From contig NC_069005.1 of NCBI RefSeq assembly GCF_001194135.2, positions 22,335,485 through 22,367,703 of the forward strand: a DNA stretch of 32,219 bases, given 5' to 3'. The notes beneath the pieces were generated by a model. The model saw only the letters and a list, made by a program, of their open reading frames with translations, did no database searches and was not told the DNA's origin. Positions 21,451-31,837 of this stretch are shown here, one piece after another. This DNA is from Octopus bimaculoides. Lineage: Eukaryota. Positions within the stretch are counted from its first letter, which is position 1; every line of letters begins with the position of its first letter. Position numbers and translations under genes: made by a program.

Positions 21451-21662
21451 TAATAATAATCTCTTCTACTATAGTCACAAGTCCTGAATTTTGTGGGGAG
21501 GGGCTAGTTGATTACATCAACCCCAGTGCATATTTCATCGACCCTGAAAAGATGAAAGGCAAAGTTGATCTCAGCAGAATATGAACTCAGAATGTAAGGC
21601 TTGACAAAATGCCACTAAGCATTTTGCCCTGCATGCTAACATTTCTGCAGGCTTGCCACCTT
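21451..21662 (-). mobile_element. Meta-type SINE, CpG-decayed
   Basis: Colinear with 3785-3999, but nearly all CpGs are replaced by TpG or CpA. Confidence 0.85.
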
Positions 21663-21665
21663 AAT

Positions 21666-22037
21666 GAGCATGGCCGTGGATCGTTACCAACGTTGCCTTC
21701 CTGGCACTTGTGCCAGTGGCACGTGAAAAGACATTCGAGCGAGATCGTTGCCAGTGCCGATGGACTGGCCCTGTGCAGGTGGCACGTAAAATACACCATT
21801 TCGAGCGTGGCCGTTGCCAGTACCCGCCTGACTGGCCTTCGTGCCGGTGGCACGTAAAAGCACCCAATACACTCTTGGAGTGGTTGGCATTAGGAAGGGC
21901 ATCCAGCTGTAGAAACTCTGCCAAATCAGATTGGAGCCTGGTGTCGCCTCCTGTCCCCCAGTCCTCAGTCAAATCGTCCAACCCATGCTAGCATGGAAAG
22001 CGGACGTTAAACGACGACGATGATGATGATGATGATG
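21666..22037 (+). mobile_element. Non-autonomous retroposon with internal 63-68-bp tandem repeats, an RTE-like body and a (GAT)n tail
   Basis: Units containing GTGGCACGT(G/A)AAA start at 21709, 21772 and 21840, followed by GGTTGGCATTAGGAAGGGCATCCAGC...CAACCCATGCTAGCATGGAAAGCGGACGTTAAA(CGA/TGA)n. A homologous copy lies at 25570-25920. Confidence 0.7.
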
Positions 22038-22096
22038 TATAATAGGTATAATGATTTTTTTTAATAACAACAATGTTATCTTTGTGCTCTTTGTAG

Positions 22097-22281
22097 GTAA
22101 ACGAAGCTGTCTCGGAGAACCACTGGCCAAGTCAGAGCTGTTCCTTTTCCTGTCTGGAATGTTACAACAGTTCACTTTCACATGTGCAGCTGGTGATGAG
22201 TTGCCACCTCTGAAAGGGGTGTTTGGCATCACCAACATGCCTCATCCATTTAGAATACAAATCAATCGAAGACAAAGATAA
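22097..22281 (+). CDS. Cytochrome P450, CYP2 clan: terminal coding exon with the heme-ligating Cys
   Basis: Acceptor ctctttgtAG at 22095-22096. The split codon G|GT completes FFVGKRSCLGEPLAKSELFLF (FxxGxRxCxG); TAA stop at 22279-22281. The three exons splice into an open ~383-aa C-terminal P450 with no stops or frameshifts. Confidence 0.96.
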
Positions 22282-22519
22282 TGCATGCATCACAATGATG
22301 GCAATGATGATGACTGAAGGAAGAATGAGACAAAAGGAGGAGGTGAAAAAAAAAAACAAAGAAGAGGAGCCAACACAAAAACTCACTACAAGACTACAAG
22401 CAAAATTGTATAGTCACAATGCAATACAGCAGTGAACTATCATAGCACAGCATAGTCAAATAATGAGTGTTGAAATTTTGGAAAAATGCATTTCCTTTTC
22501 TGTATTTTTATGTGTATAT

Positions 22520-22672
22520 TTTGTTACATATGTGCATAAAAAGTAGCACATACATAGAAAAATGAGTATACGAATATATAAAAACTTGTATATAGAAATA
22601 TATAGACACACACATATTTAAGTGTATATATATCTACATGTATATAGATACTTTTGTACATGTATATATGAA

Positions 22673-22715
<43 letters not shown>

Positions 22716-23128
22716 ACACACACATACAAACCCATGTACACATACACATGTACATGCATACGCACATCTGTATATAGACACACATAGTCGCATATAAATA
22801 ACCATATATGTGCATACATACACACACACATACACACACTAATATAACCTTGTGCATATTTGTATGTGATATATATACTTACATTTGTGCTGTATGCATG
22901 TAATGTGGATAAGTTACACTATAGAATGTATCCCTATATTAAACATATTAAATGTATGTATGAAAATTATTTGTAAATTTTGTGTAACCTATTAGCTAAC
23001 ATATGTGGTATGTTTATGTAATCTACTGTTACTACCACCTAGCAACTACTACTCTTAGTAAAAGAGTAAAGAATATCCGTGTATGATAATTGTCACATAA
23101 ATGTGTGTGTGTAATAACTGTAACATGA

Positions 23129-23172
<44 letters not shown>

Positions 23173-23188
23173 CATACACACACTCGTG

Positions 23189-23272
<84 letters not shown>

Positions 23273-23440
23273 CTCTTGCATAGATGTGTGTGTCTCCTAT
23301 ATATATATATATATATATATAGCAGGATGAAAATATACAAGTTGTAAAGTATACTGAAGATTCAGTATACAACATGTGGCAAAATTATGAGTTGAAAATT
23401 ATAATTTTTTTTTTACACATATTCATATATATATATATAT
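22520..23440. repeat. Microsatellite-rich 3' UTR/downstream region: (GT)17 23136-23169, (AC)37 23196-23269, several (AT)n and degenerate TATG tracts
   Basis: Direct reading. Confidence 0.9.
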
Positions 23441-23964
23441 AATGTAATATCCCTATATGAAAATAATACGGGTGGGTGCAATATCTAGTATTTGAACCGG
23501 TCTGTTTATAATCCTTACCAACTGACAATGTCCTTCCATTGCTACAGGACCGCAATTGTGGCTTTTTGTCACATTTTTAAAGATCTAATGTGTTACCAAA
23601 ATTAGGATTATTATCATCATCATCATCATCATCACCACCACCTTCATCTCTAGGGCAGGAGTATTTGGCGGAGCGATTGTGTCAGAACAAAGTGTTTGAT
23701 AAATGTTATCTTTATAATTTAATGTTCTGGATTGTAATTCTATCATGTGGTCATCCTTCTAGAGCAGGCTCAAAGTGTGAGTTTCAGTAATATATCCTTG
23801 TGTGTGTATTCTTCAAATTCTGGGCTTTATGTAATCAGTTTTTCTACAATTCTTCAAAAAACAAAAACAAAAAAAAAAACTTGTGGCCTTAAGCCTAGAT
23901 TAGGAGTGGATCGGTAGAATCATAAGAGTATTTGACAAAATCCTTTGTATCTCATAGCTCTGTA

Positions 23965-24328
23965 TCTTCTGTGTTAAAATCCTGCCATGGCAAGGTTAAC
24001 TTTATACCTTTTGTTCTTCAAAGGTCCATAAAATAAATCAGCAGTCAGATACTGGGATCAATTTAATCAACTAATTCTTCCTAACCCCAGATTTCTAACC
24101 TTCTGGTTATGTCAGAAATTATTATTCATCCTCATGTCTGTGGTGTTGTGGCAGGGAAAGCAGAGAGTCAAGCTAGATGAATTAAGAAATATTTAGTTTT
24201 GTCATTTTAAACGGGGTAGCAAAGCACAAAATACAGTGTATGCTGTTGCTCTTTCCATTCTAAGTTCAAATCCTCATGAAGTTACATTTGCCTTCCATCC
24301 TTCCAAAGTTGGTGGAATAAAGTGAGTC
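23965..24328 (+). mobile_element. Two degenerate Meta-type SINE fragments, + orientation
   Basis: 23965-24105 (ATACTGGGATCAATTTAATCAAC) and 24190-24328 (TAAGTTCAAATCC...TTTGCCTTCCATCCTTCC). Confidence 0.55.
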
Positions 24329-25119
24329 TAGAACAGGGTTGGGGAGCCTTTTTAACCAATTGCCCCAAAAAATATTTATTTATGCTGACATTACCCACTC
24401 GATTTGAAAAGAAGAGAATCGTAACTTCTTTGAATTCAAAAGATTTATTGAATCTATTTTATTGAATTTATTTACATGTCCATTATATTGGACAGATGCA
24501 GTGCTGCCAGAAGAAAAATTCCTGTGGTAACAAGGAACATGGTTTTTTTTTTTATATAATTTTACTTATGAGTCTTAATTACCCCCCAAGAATTTCATTT
24601 TTACTCCTCTTGGGGTAATTTACCTTGCTTCGCTGAACCCTGGTCTAGAGCAATGGATTGGCCATGTTTTGTTCACATATTACACAAAAAGCTCTACAGC
24701 ATTTGTTCTGGCTATTTATTTTCCAAGTTCAATCTTGCCAAGATCATGTTTTCCTTTCATTCTTCTGCTGTTGATCAAACTAAAAAATACCAATCAAATA
24801 CTAGGTTATTGATTTGATGTTCTTATAAAGCATATTAGCTATGAATGGAGTTATGAAAGATTTGGATTAACTTCGTTTTTCAGCCTTTTTAGGTTGATCA
24901 ATCAAAATTCCCTCTGAGAGCTTATGGGCAAGTAGAATTTTTAGAGTATCAAACAAAATATTTTGTGGCATTTGTTCTGGATCTTAACATTCTTAGTATT
25001 TGATCTTTACATTCTAGAGTACAGCAGATTTTTCTGTACCTTAATTATATACATCATGCAAACGTTCTATGATGGGGTTTCAGGTCTTCTACTAATGAAA
25101 CAAAAGAGCAGAAGCACTG

Positions 25120-25268
25120 GGGTTTCAGGTTTCAAATACTACTTGGCTCAACATTGCTCTTTGTCATTCTTGGAGATGGTAAAAAAATAAGTACCAGTCA
25201 AATACCTGGAGCCCATCTAATCGATTATACAATCCCCCCAAATATTTGTGGCTTTGTGTTCATTGCTA
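25120..25268 (+). mobile_element. Degenerate Meta-type SINE, + orientation
   Basis: AAAATAAGTACCAGTCAAATACCTGG...TAATCGATTA matches the family body. Confidence 0.6.
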
Positions 25269-25569
25269 AAAATATTAGGGGTATTAGAATGGTTTTGGGT
25301 ATGATAGAATGTGGTTGGAGAGTCTTACTGGAGTTGATTAAAATGTAGTACCAGAAATGTACTGAGGTTAAAGTTGATTTATCACCTAAAATCACCCCCC
25401 CCACACACACACACACACACAGTAGCCTCTGTACAATTGAGAACTATTCAGTTGTCATAAAGCACAATGGAAAACATTATCATAATCATCATCTAGATGT
25501 AATACCTGAGGAGTTGTGGAAATTATTAAAAATACCAAATATATTAGCTATGCTGGTTTCACATAACAG

Positions 25570-25920
25570 GCATCCATGCCAGTGGTACATAAAAAGCACC
25601 TTTCGAAGGATGGACCTCACAGAGGCAATGATAAGTGACCAAGGTAATATGCTATGCTTGAGAAGATTTGTCAAGTCTGCCATGCTAGAGAAGACTTGTC
25701 AAGCCAAAGTCCAATGCTGGTGTCACATAACTGGAACCTGTGCTGGTAGCACATAAAAGTACCCATTACACTTTTGGAGTGGTTGGCATTGGGAAGGACA
25801 TCCAGTCATAGAAACCATGCCAAATTAGATTGGAACCTCACACAGTTCTCCGGAGTACTATTTTCTGTCAAACCATCAAACCCATACCAGCATGGAAAGC
25901 AGAAGCTAAATGAAATTATG
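25570..25920 (+). mobile_element. Older, CpG-decayed copy of the RTE-like element at 21666-22037
   Basis: GGAGTGGTTGGCATTGGGAAGGACATCCAG...AACCCATACCAGCATGGAAAGC. Confidence 0.7.
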
Positions 25921-26024
25921 CACAAACTCACATTCTCATTTACACATGCACACACACACACACACACATGCATTATTCAACAACTATCTGATGCTGCTAA
26001 AGCAAAATATTTCTTTATAATAAA

Positions 26025-26870
26025 TATTTTTGATTTTGGTACAAGGCTGGTAATTCAGAAGATATGTGGTTTAATCAATAGCATTGACCCTAGTACTTGA
26101 CTGGTACTTTAGTTTATTGATGAAGGGTGGAAAGAAGGCAAAATTGCAAAGCACTTTCCAAAGCTCAAACAATTTTGCCAGCTTGCTGCCTTAATAATAA
26201 TAAATGGTTTCTGATTTAGACACAAGGACAGGAATTCTGAGGTGAGAGGATGACAACTCTAGTACTTCACTTTTTTGAGACTGGTAGCATGGAAAGCAAA
26301 GTTGGCCTCAGATGGATTTGAACTCTGAATGTAGAACCAGGAGAAATATTACAAAGAATTTCTTCCAATACCCTAACAACTCCATCAGATTACCATTTTA
26401 ATAAGAAATAATAATGGCTTCAAATATTGGCACAAGTGTAGCATTTTCAGGAAAGGGAGTAAATTGATTACATTGAACCCAGAACTCAACTGATGTTTTT
26501 TTTATATCAACTTCGAAAGGATGAAAGGCAAAGTTGACCCCAGCAGAACTTGATAGTAATAATGTTTCTGACATTAGTACAAAGCAACATGCCTGATACC
26601 ATTATATAATTGGTACTTTATTTTACCAACCCACCCTATAGCAAGATATGAAATAGGAACTTTGCTTTTTCATTTGGAGGCAGGGGTATCAGTCAACTAC
26701 TAGAATCAATACAATCAATTTTATACTCCACATTCTGCTTCCCTGAGATTTGTGACATTGTGACAAATTAGTAATAATGATAATTTTAATATTGGCACAG
26801 GCGAGCAATTTTTAAGGGGAGGGGAAAAGTTAATTATATTGACTCCAGTACTTGCCTGGTACTTAACTTT
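26025..26870 (-). mobile_element. Chain of about five decayed head-to-tail Meta-type SINEs
   Basis: Family 3' ends (TTTTGG(C/T)ACAAG-like) recur at about 26035, 26215, 26425, 26570 and 26790, mostly next to (TAA)n. Confidence 0.75.
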
Positions 26871-26875
26871 TAGAA

Positions 26876-27207
26876 GGTGCATGGCTCAGTAGTTAGAGCA
26901 TAAGGCTCACAATCATGAGGTAGTGAGTTTGATTCCTAGGCCAGGCTGTGTTGTGTTCTTGAGCAAGACACTTTATTTTACATTTCTCCAGTTTCCCCAG
27001 TTATAGAAATGAGTTGCAATGTCACTGGTGCCAAGCTGTATCAGCCCTTGGATAATATCAGTGGCATGCAGAGGAGAGGCTGGTATGCATGTGTGACTGC
27101 TGGTCTTCCCTAAACAACCTTGCCCAGACTTATGCTTTGAAGGGAACTTTCTAGGTGCAATCCCATGGTCATTCATGACCAAGGTGGGTCTTTACCTTTA
27201 CCCTTTA
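26876..27207 (+). mobile_element. tRNA-derived CORE-type SINE, tail type B, nested in a Meta-type SINE
   Basis: Homologous to 5004-5338; candidate TSD AACTTTTA at 26865-26872 and 27208-27215. Confidence 0.83.
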
Positions 27208-27339
27208 AACTTTTATCATGCTTAGGCAAATTATGGCACTGTACAAGTTTTCACCTCAATAGCTGCAGGTGCATTGTGTCTCGGTGAGAGGGAAGAAAAT
27301 TCACACAGTAACATGATGCATCTACAGTGTGCTAAAGAT

Positions 27340-27473
27340 TAATTTTGTTGTCCCAGAGGGATGAAAGTCAAAGTTGACCTCAGCAGGATTAGAACTCTAA
27401 ACTCAAAGAGCTAGAGGAAATACTATATGGCATTTTGTCTGTTGCTCTAATGATTCTATCAGCTCACTACCTT
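27340..27473 (-). mobile_element. Meta-type SINE 5' half, CpG-decayed
   Basis: GGATGAAAGTCAAAGTTGACCTCAGCAGG...ATGATTCTATCAGCTCACTACCTT. Confidence 0.75.
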
Positions 27474-28538
27474 GATAATGTTATTTATTAATATGAATAT
27501 CACAACCACCCACCCCACCCCCAGAACCATGGCTGTCACCATCATCATCATCATCATCATCTTAATATACAAACAAGAAAATAGCAAATACTTCAAATAT
27601 TTTCCCTTTTGTTTTGTTTCAGTGTTCATTTGTTCAATGCTTTTCATTTTTTTTTTTGTACGCAATATATATGTATGTCTCTTGAGAGGGGTTTTCAAAA
27701 TGATTTTTAAAATATTTTTTAATTCTTAAAATTTTATATGAAACAATAAAAAGCTTTGTGTGCGTGCGTGCGTGTGCGTGTGTGTGTGTGCATGTATATA
27801 TACTTGTATGTATATTTATATATGTATGTATATATATACCCATATACGTGTATATGTGTGTACATATGTGTATATGTATATATTAAAATTAACATTTTAT
27901 TTGTTTCAGTGCTCTTGTTATCTTATTTTGAGATTTTTTTTAGAATCTTACTGAAATTGCTTAAGTTTTTATCCCTTTTTAAGTTATAGCTTCATTTTTT
28001 TTTTTTTAATACTTTGAACAAAAGTGAAAAACCCTTTCCAGCTTTGATCAATCATACACATGTACAAAATCAATATAGACAGACAACTGGTAAAGAGTTT
28101 AAATAGTAAAAAGAAAAAAAAAGGGCACCTATTCATGTGGCCAGGCAAATACATGCAAAATTTACTCTAATCAAACAAAATTAAATAAAATAAAAAAACT
28201 GAAATATATAACTTAACAATGTTTGTTGAAGCAGAAACAAACAGAACAAAGCAACTTGAAACTACAGTTAGACCAAAAAAATGTCCTTTTTAAACAGTTA
28301 TGACTGAAAACAAAATAAAATAAAAAGAAACTTTATTCATTTCATAACTTCAAGGAAAAAAAAAAAAAGCTATAAACCAACACGACCATATGATGCATGG
28401 CCCTTCTTTCACATAACACTTGGTGACATTTTCTCTTCTCTCTCTCTCTCTCTTCTTTTTTTTTTTTTTGTTGCAAGAACAACTTATAGTAAAAAATCAA
28501 GCTATTGTATAAATCAGTATTTTATAAGTACCCTTCAA

Positions 28539-28712
28539 CCCTTTAGCATTTAACCTGACCATATTGGGCTTCTGATATTTGCTCTATAATATCATTTTCA
28601 AAATAAATAATCACATCATTGAAATCTCATAGCTCCAAGATAAGATGATTAATTCAAAACTATGTGAATAAATAAGCATTACATTTGACAGGGTAATCTG
28701 AATGCTAAAGGG
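28539..28712. mobile_element. piggyBac-type MITE
   Basis: Perfect 12-bp TIRs CCCTTTAGCATT and AATGCTAAAGGG, flanked by TCAA (mutated TTAA) and TTAA. Confidence 0.88.
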
Positions 28713-28961
28713 TTAAATGAATTTTTTTTTTTTTACGCCAATTCTTTAAGTTCTTTTTTTTTTTCTCCTTGTGAAATTGGTATCCAACAACTGCGTTTTT
28801 TTTTAAATTTCTAGTTGGCTTTTTAAAAATCAGATCTTTACCCATTTACATCATCTAAATTTTTCAAAAGCTTCAGTCAATTGATCTTAGTGTACCTAAA
28901 ACCACCACATCACACTGCCCTGTAGATGTCATGAGTCAATGTGAGATGCTTTTTCTGTGCT

Positions 28962-29185
28962 TGCTTGACCTGCTAGAAATAGTGACCAAATACCTCTTGA
29001 ACTTATACGCATGATGATGGTATGTGTGTACATATGCACGCATGCAATGGGCTGTTTTCAGTTTCTATCACTCACAAGGCTTTGTTCAAAGCAGAGCTCT
29101 TGTAGAAGACACTTGCCCAAGGTGCCAAGCAGTGCGACAGAACCCAAAACCATGTGGTCGGGAAACCAACATGGCTATAACTCAT
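28962..29185 (-). mobile_element. CORE-type SINE with an alternative tail
   Basis: AGAAGACACTTGCCCAAGGTGCC...AACCCAAAACCATGTGG matches the head/CORE of the long family. It is joined to CTTGACCTGCTAGAAATAG, a tail also seen at about 11450-11490. Confidence 0.65.
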
Positions 29186-29850
29186 TAAATAACACAGTCA
29201 TCCTACATAGCCATGTAAAGACAGGATGGTCATGGCAGGAACAATTTTGATTATAAGATCAGCTCAATTAGATTTGACCTGTGGCTAAAATAATGAATTG
29301 GCACATTGAGATTCAAAGAAGAAAGTAAGGTAGAGAGGGGGAAGGGTTCACCTCTCCTCTACTGCCACAGTATCTCTTATCTAGACATACTGCTGCCCTT
29401 AAGAGGAAACCAACAAGATACTTATCTATTAAAAAGTGCTTACAATGGTAACTGAGCATAATCTCCCCCGCCAGTGCAGCATTGTGTCACCTATGTGTGG
29501 CTTAGTAGGACAGGCCTAAGAACCAAAAGAAGTTACACTACATATCTTCTTGCCTGGAAACCTCTTTGGTGTTGGAATGTGAACCAGTGACCTTTTCTCT
29601 TTTAAGACTCTAGTAAACCACCCACTTCTAACAAGTTTGCCTGCTTATGTATGGTACTTTCTTAAAAAAACAAAACCCTTTAACTAATTTCACAGGAACC
29701 AATCCATCTGCTGTTAAATTAGACAGTTTCAACCATGCATATACACACACGCCATCGGTTATTTCGTTTGATTTATATATTTTTATCATTTTTCCATATA
29801 TTCATTTTTCATGGATGGCATGATGTGTGGTATGCTTCCTCCATTTTTAA

Positions 29851-30067
29851 ACTCTTACAACTGTTTAAATCAGCCATATCTCACTCAAATACTGTTTTAT
29901 GTTCAAACCAGTCAAATCTGACCTCACAGACCTATGCTACAATGTCATTTTAAAAATAAACAATCCTATTATCAAAACCTCAGAGCTATGAGGTAATACT
30001 TGATTAATTCAAAACAGTATGAAAAGATAAGCTTTACATTTGATAGAATAATCTGAATGCAATAGGG
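29851..30067. mobile_element. piggyBac-type MITE (longer, decayed variant)
   Basis: TTAA at 29847-29850 and 30068-30071; the right end TAATCTGAATGCAATAGGG and the interior are homologous to 28539-28712. Confidence 0.75.
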
Positions 30068-30079
30068 TTAAGATAGGTA

Positions 30080-30245
30080 CAGCTGTAGTTAAGAAATTGG
30101 CTTCACAGATATGTAGCTCTAGGTTCAATTCTTCGAAAATACAGCACCTTGGGCAAAGTGCTTTCTCCTGTAGTTCAGGCTAGTCAAAACTATATGTGAG
30201 AAATTTGATTAACAGAAACTGCAGAGGCCTGTTGAGCGTGTGGCT
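30080..30245 (+). mobile_element. 5' part of the long CORE-type SINE, decayed
   Basis: TAGGTTCAATTC...CAGCACCTTGGGCAAAGTGCTTTCT...AACAGAAACTGCAGAGGCCTG. Confidence 0.6.
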
Positions 30246-30586
30246 AAATATATCCATATAAATGACACATTCTTGACAGGAAAGGAAAATGTTGAACTTT
30301 TTTTTTTTTTCCAGCAATTTTAATGTTAAAGATTCATCTTCTGCTAACATAATATAACCATCATCTGGTAAAGTCATTAAAGCAGATGATTGGAACGTTT
30401 CAGAAGATAGGTCATCTGGAAAAATGCTTAACATCATCCATGTACACAATCTTGTTTATATATACAAATATACGAGAATACTAGCACATTCATGTGTGTA
30501 TAAACATTTGGCACGTCCATAGTGACACACATATACACACAAATTCAACAGCTCAATGAACAATCTTGCTCTCAGATAAATTATGG

Positions 30587-30948
30587 CTTTTACTTGTTTC
30601 AGTCATTAGACTGCAGCCATGCTGGGGCACTGCCATGAGTTTTTAGCCAAATGAATGAACACCAGTATTTTTTCTTTACTTTTTTTTTAAGCCTGGTAAT
30701 TATTCTATTGGTCTCTTTTGTTGAGTTGTTAAGTTATGAGTACATAAACACACTAATGCCAATTGCCAAGTGGTGGTGGGTGACACAAACACTTACACAT
30801 ATATGATGGGCTTCATTCAGTTTCTGTCTACCAAATCCACTCAATGATTTGGTCAGCCTGAGGCTATAGTAGAAGACACTTGCCCAAGGTACCATGAACT
30901 TGGAACCATGGGGCTGGAAAGTGAGCTTCTTCACATGCAGCCATGCCC
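30587..30948 (-). mobile_element. Long CORE-type SINE, near full length
   Basis: Reverse complement of the 2678-3083 family: TTTTACTTGTTTCAGTC...GCCATGCTGGGGCACTGCC...AGAAGACACTTGCCCAAGG...GCAGCCATGCCC. Confidence 0.8.
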
Positions 30949-31024
30949 AACAAGAAAAACAACAAATAAATCTAATAATTCAATGGTAATTAATAAAAGC
31001 TATAATAATTATTTACTAACAGAT

Positions 31025-31175
31025 CTTACATTCTGAGTTCAAATCCGACCAAACCCAATTCTTTGTTTGTCATCTTTCATTATAGGGTTTATGTAATAAT
31101 TCCCAGCTAAGTACTGGGATCTATTTAATCACCTATAATCCTTTACCCTCTTCTGCTAATAACTTCCGGCCTCTT
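31025..31175 (+). mobile_element. Degenerate Meta-type SINE, + orientation
   Basis: TTCTGAGTTCAAATCCGACC...TCATCTTTC...AAGTACTGGGATC. Confidence 0.55.
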
Positions 31176-31837
31176 CCAAATTAGGCTTATATACACACAC
31201 AATAAAGACAAAGGTATATTAGATACATTACAAGATATGTTCTTGAATTATTGAAAATTTTCTTCCCATTGAGAGAAGAGTAAACTAATTCCTTATGATG
31301 ATTGTGACCAACTCCAAATAGGAAGAGGGGAAAAAAAATCTCAAAAATTCTCTGAAACTGACATGCCATTTGTCTCTGGAGATACTAAGACAAAAACAAA
31401 ACGAGCAGGAAACATATTGTAGGGTCCTTAGCAATAATTTAAACCAAATGAGCTAAGAAAAATAATTTAGAGCAGCCAGTGGCATGAACATGGACAGAAA
31501 AAACAAATATATATATATATATATATATGTATGTATTACCCATTTATATATATGTATATATCTAAAAAGTAAGAAACGAAGTAAAAAAAATTACTTCAAA
31601 GGGGTGTGTAAAACATCCAGTTCAACTGTACATCAGTTGAATACCACATAAATATGGCTACCATTCAAATTACAAGCAAATTAAATAGAGAGGTACAATT
31701 GACAATCCAATAATTTATTTATATTATAATATACTACGAATATTATATATAACAGAAACAGTTATTGGTTATTGAATAATTGTTTATGTTATCTTATATT
31801 ATTGGATTGCCAATTGCATCTCTATTTAATTTATTGT

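Noticed and set aside
21587-21991. Several 80-106-aa ORFs in the last intron
   Set aside because: They lie entirely within the GC-rich retroposon with tandem repeats.
24577-24620. Hairpin AATTACCCC(CC)AAGA / TCTTGGGGTAATT
   Set aside because: Short, imperfect and single, with no TSD or second copy. It cannot be assigned, and rho-independent terminator logic does not apply to a eukaryote.
30180-30449. Minus-strand ORF FPDDLSSETFQ...LPDDGYIMLAEDES as an exon of a neighbour gene
   Set aside because: No donor site and no recognisable domain; it runs into poly-A and a SINE.
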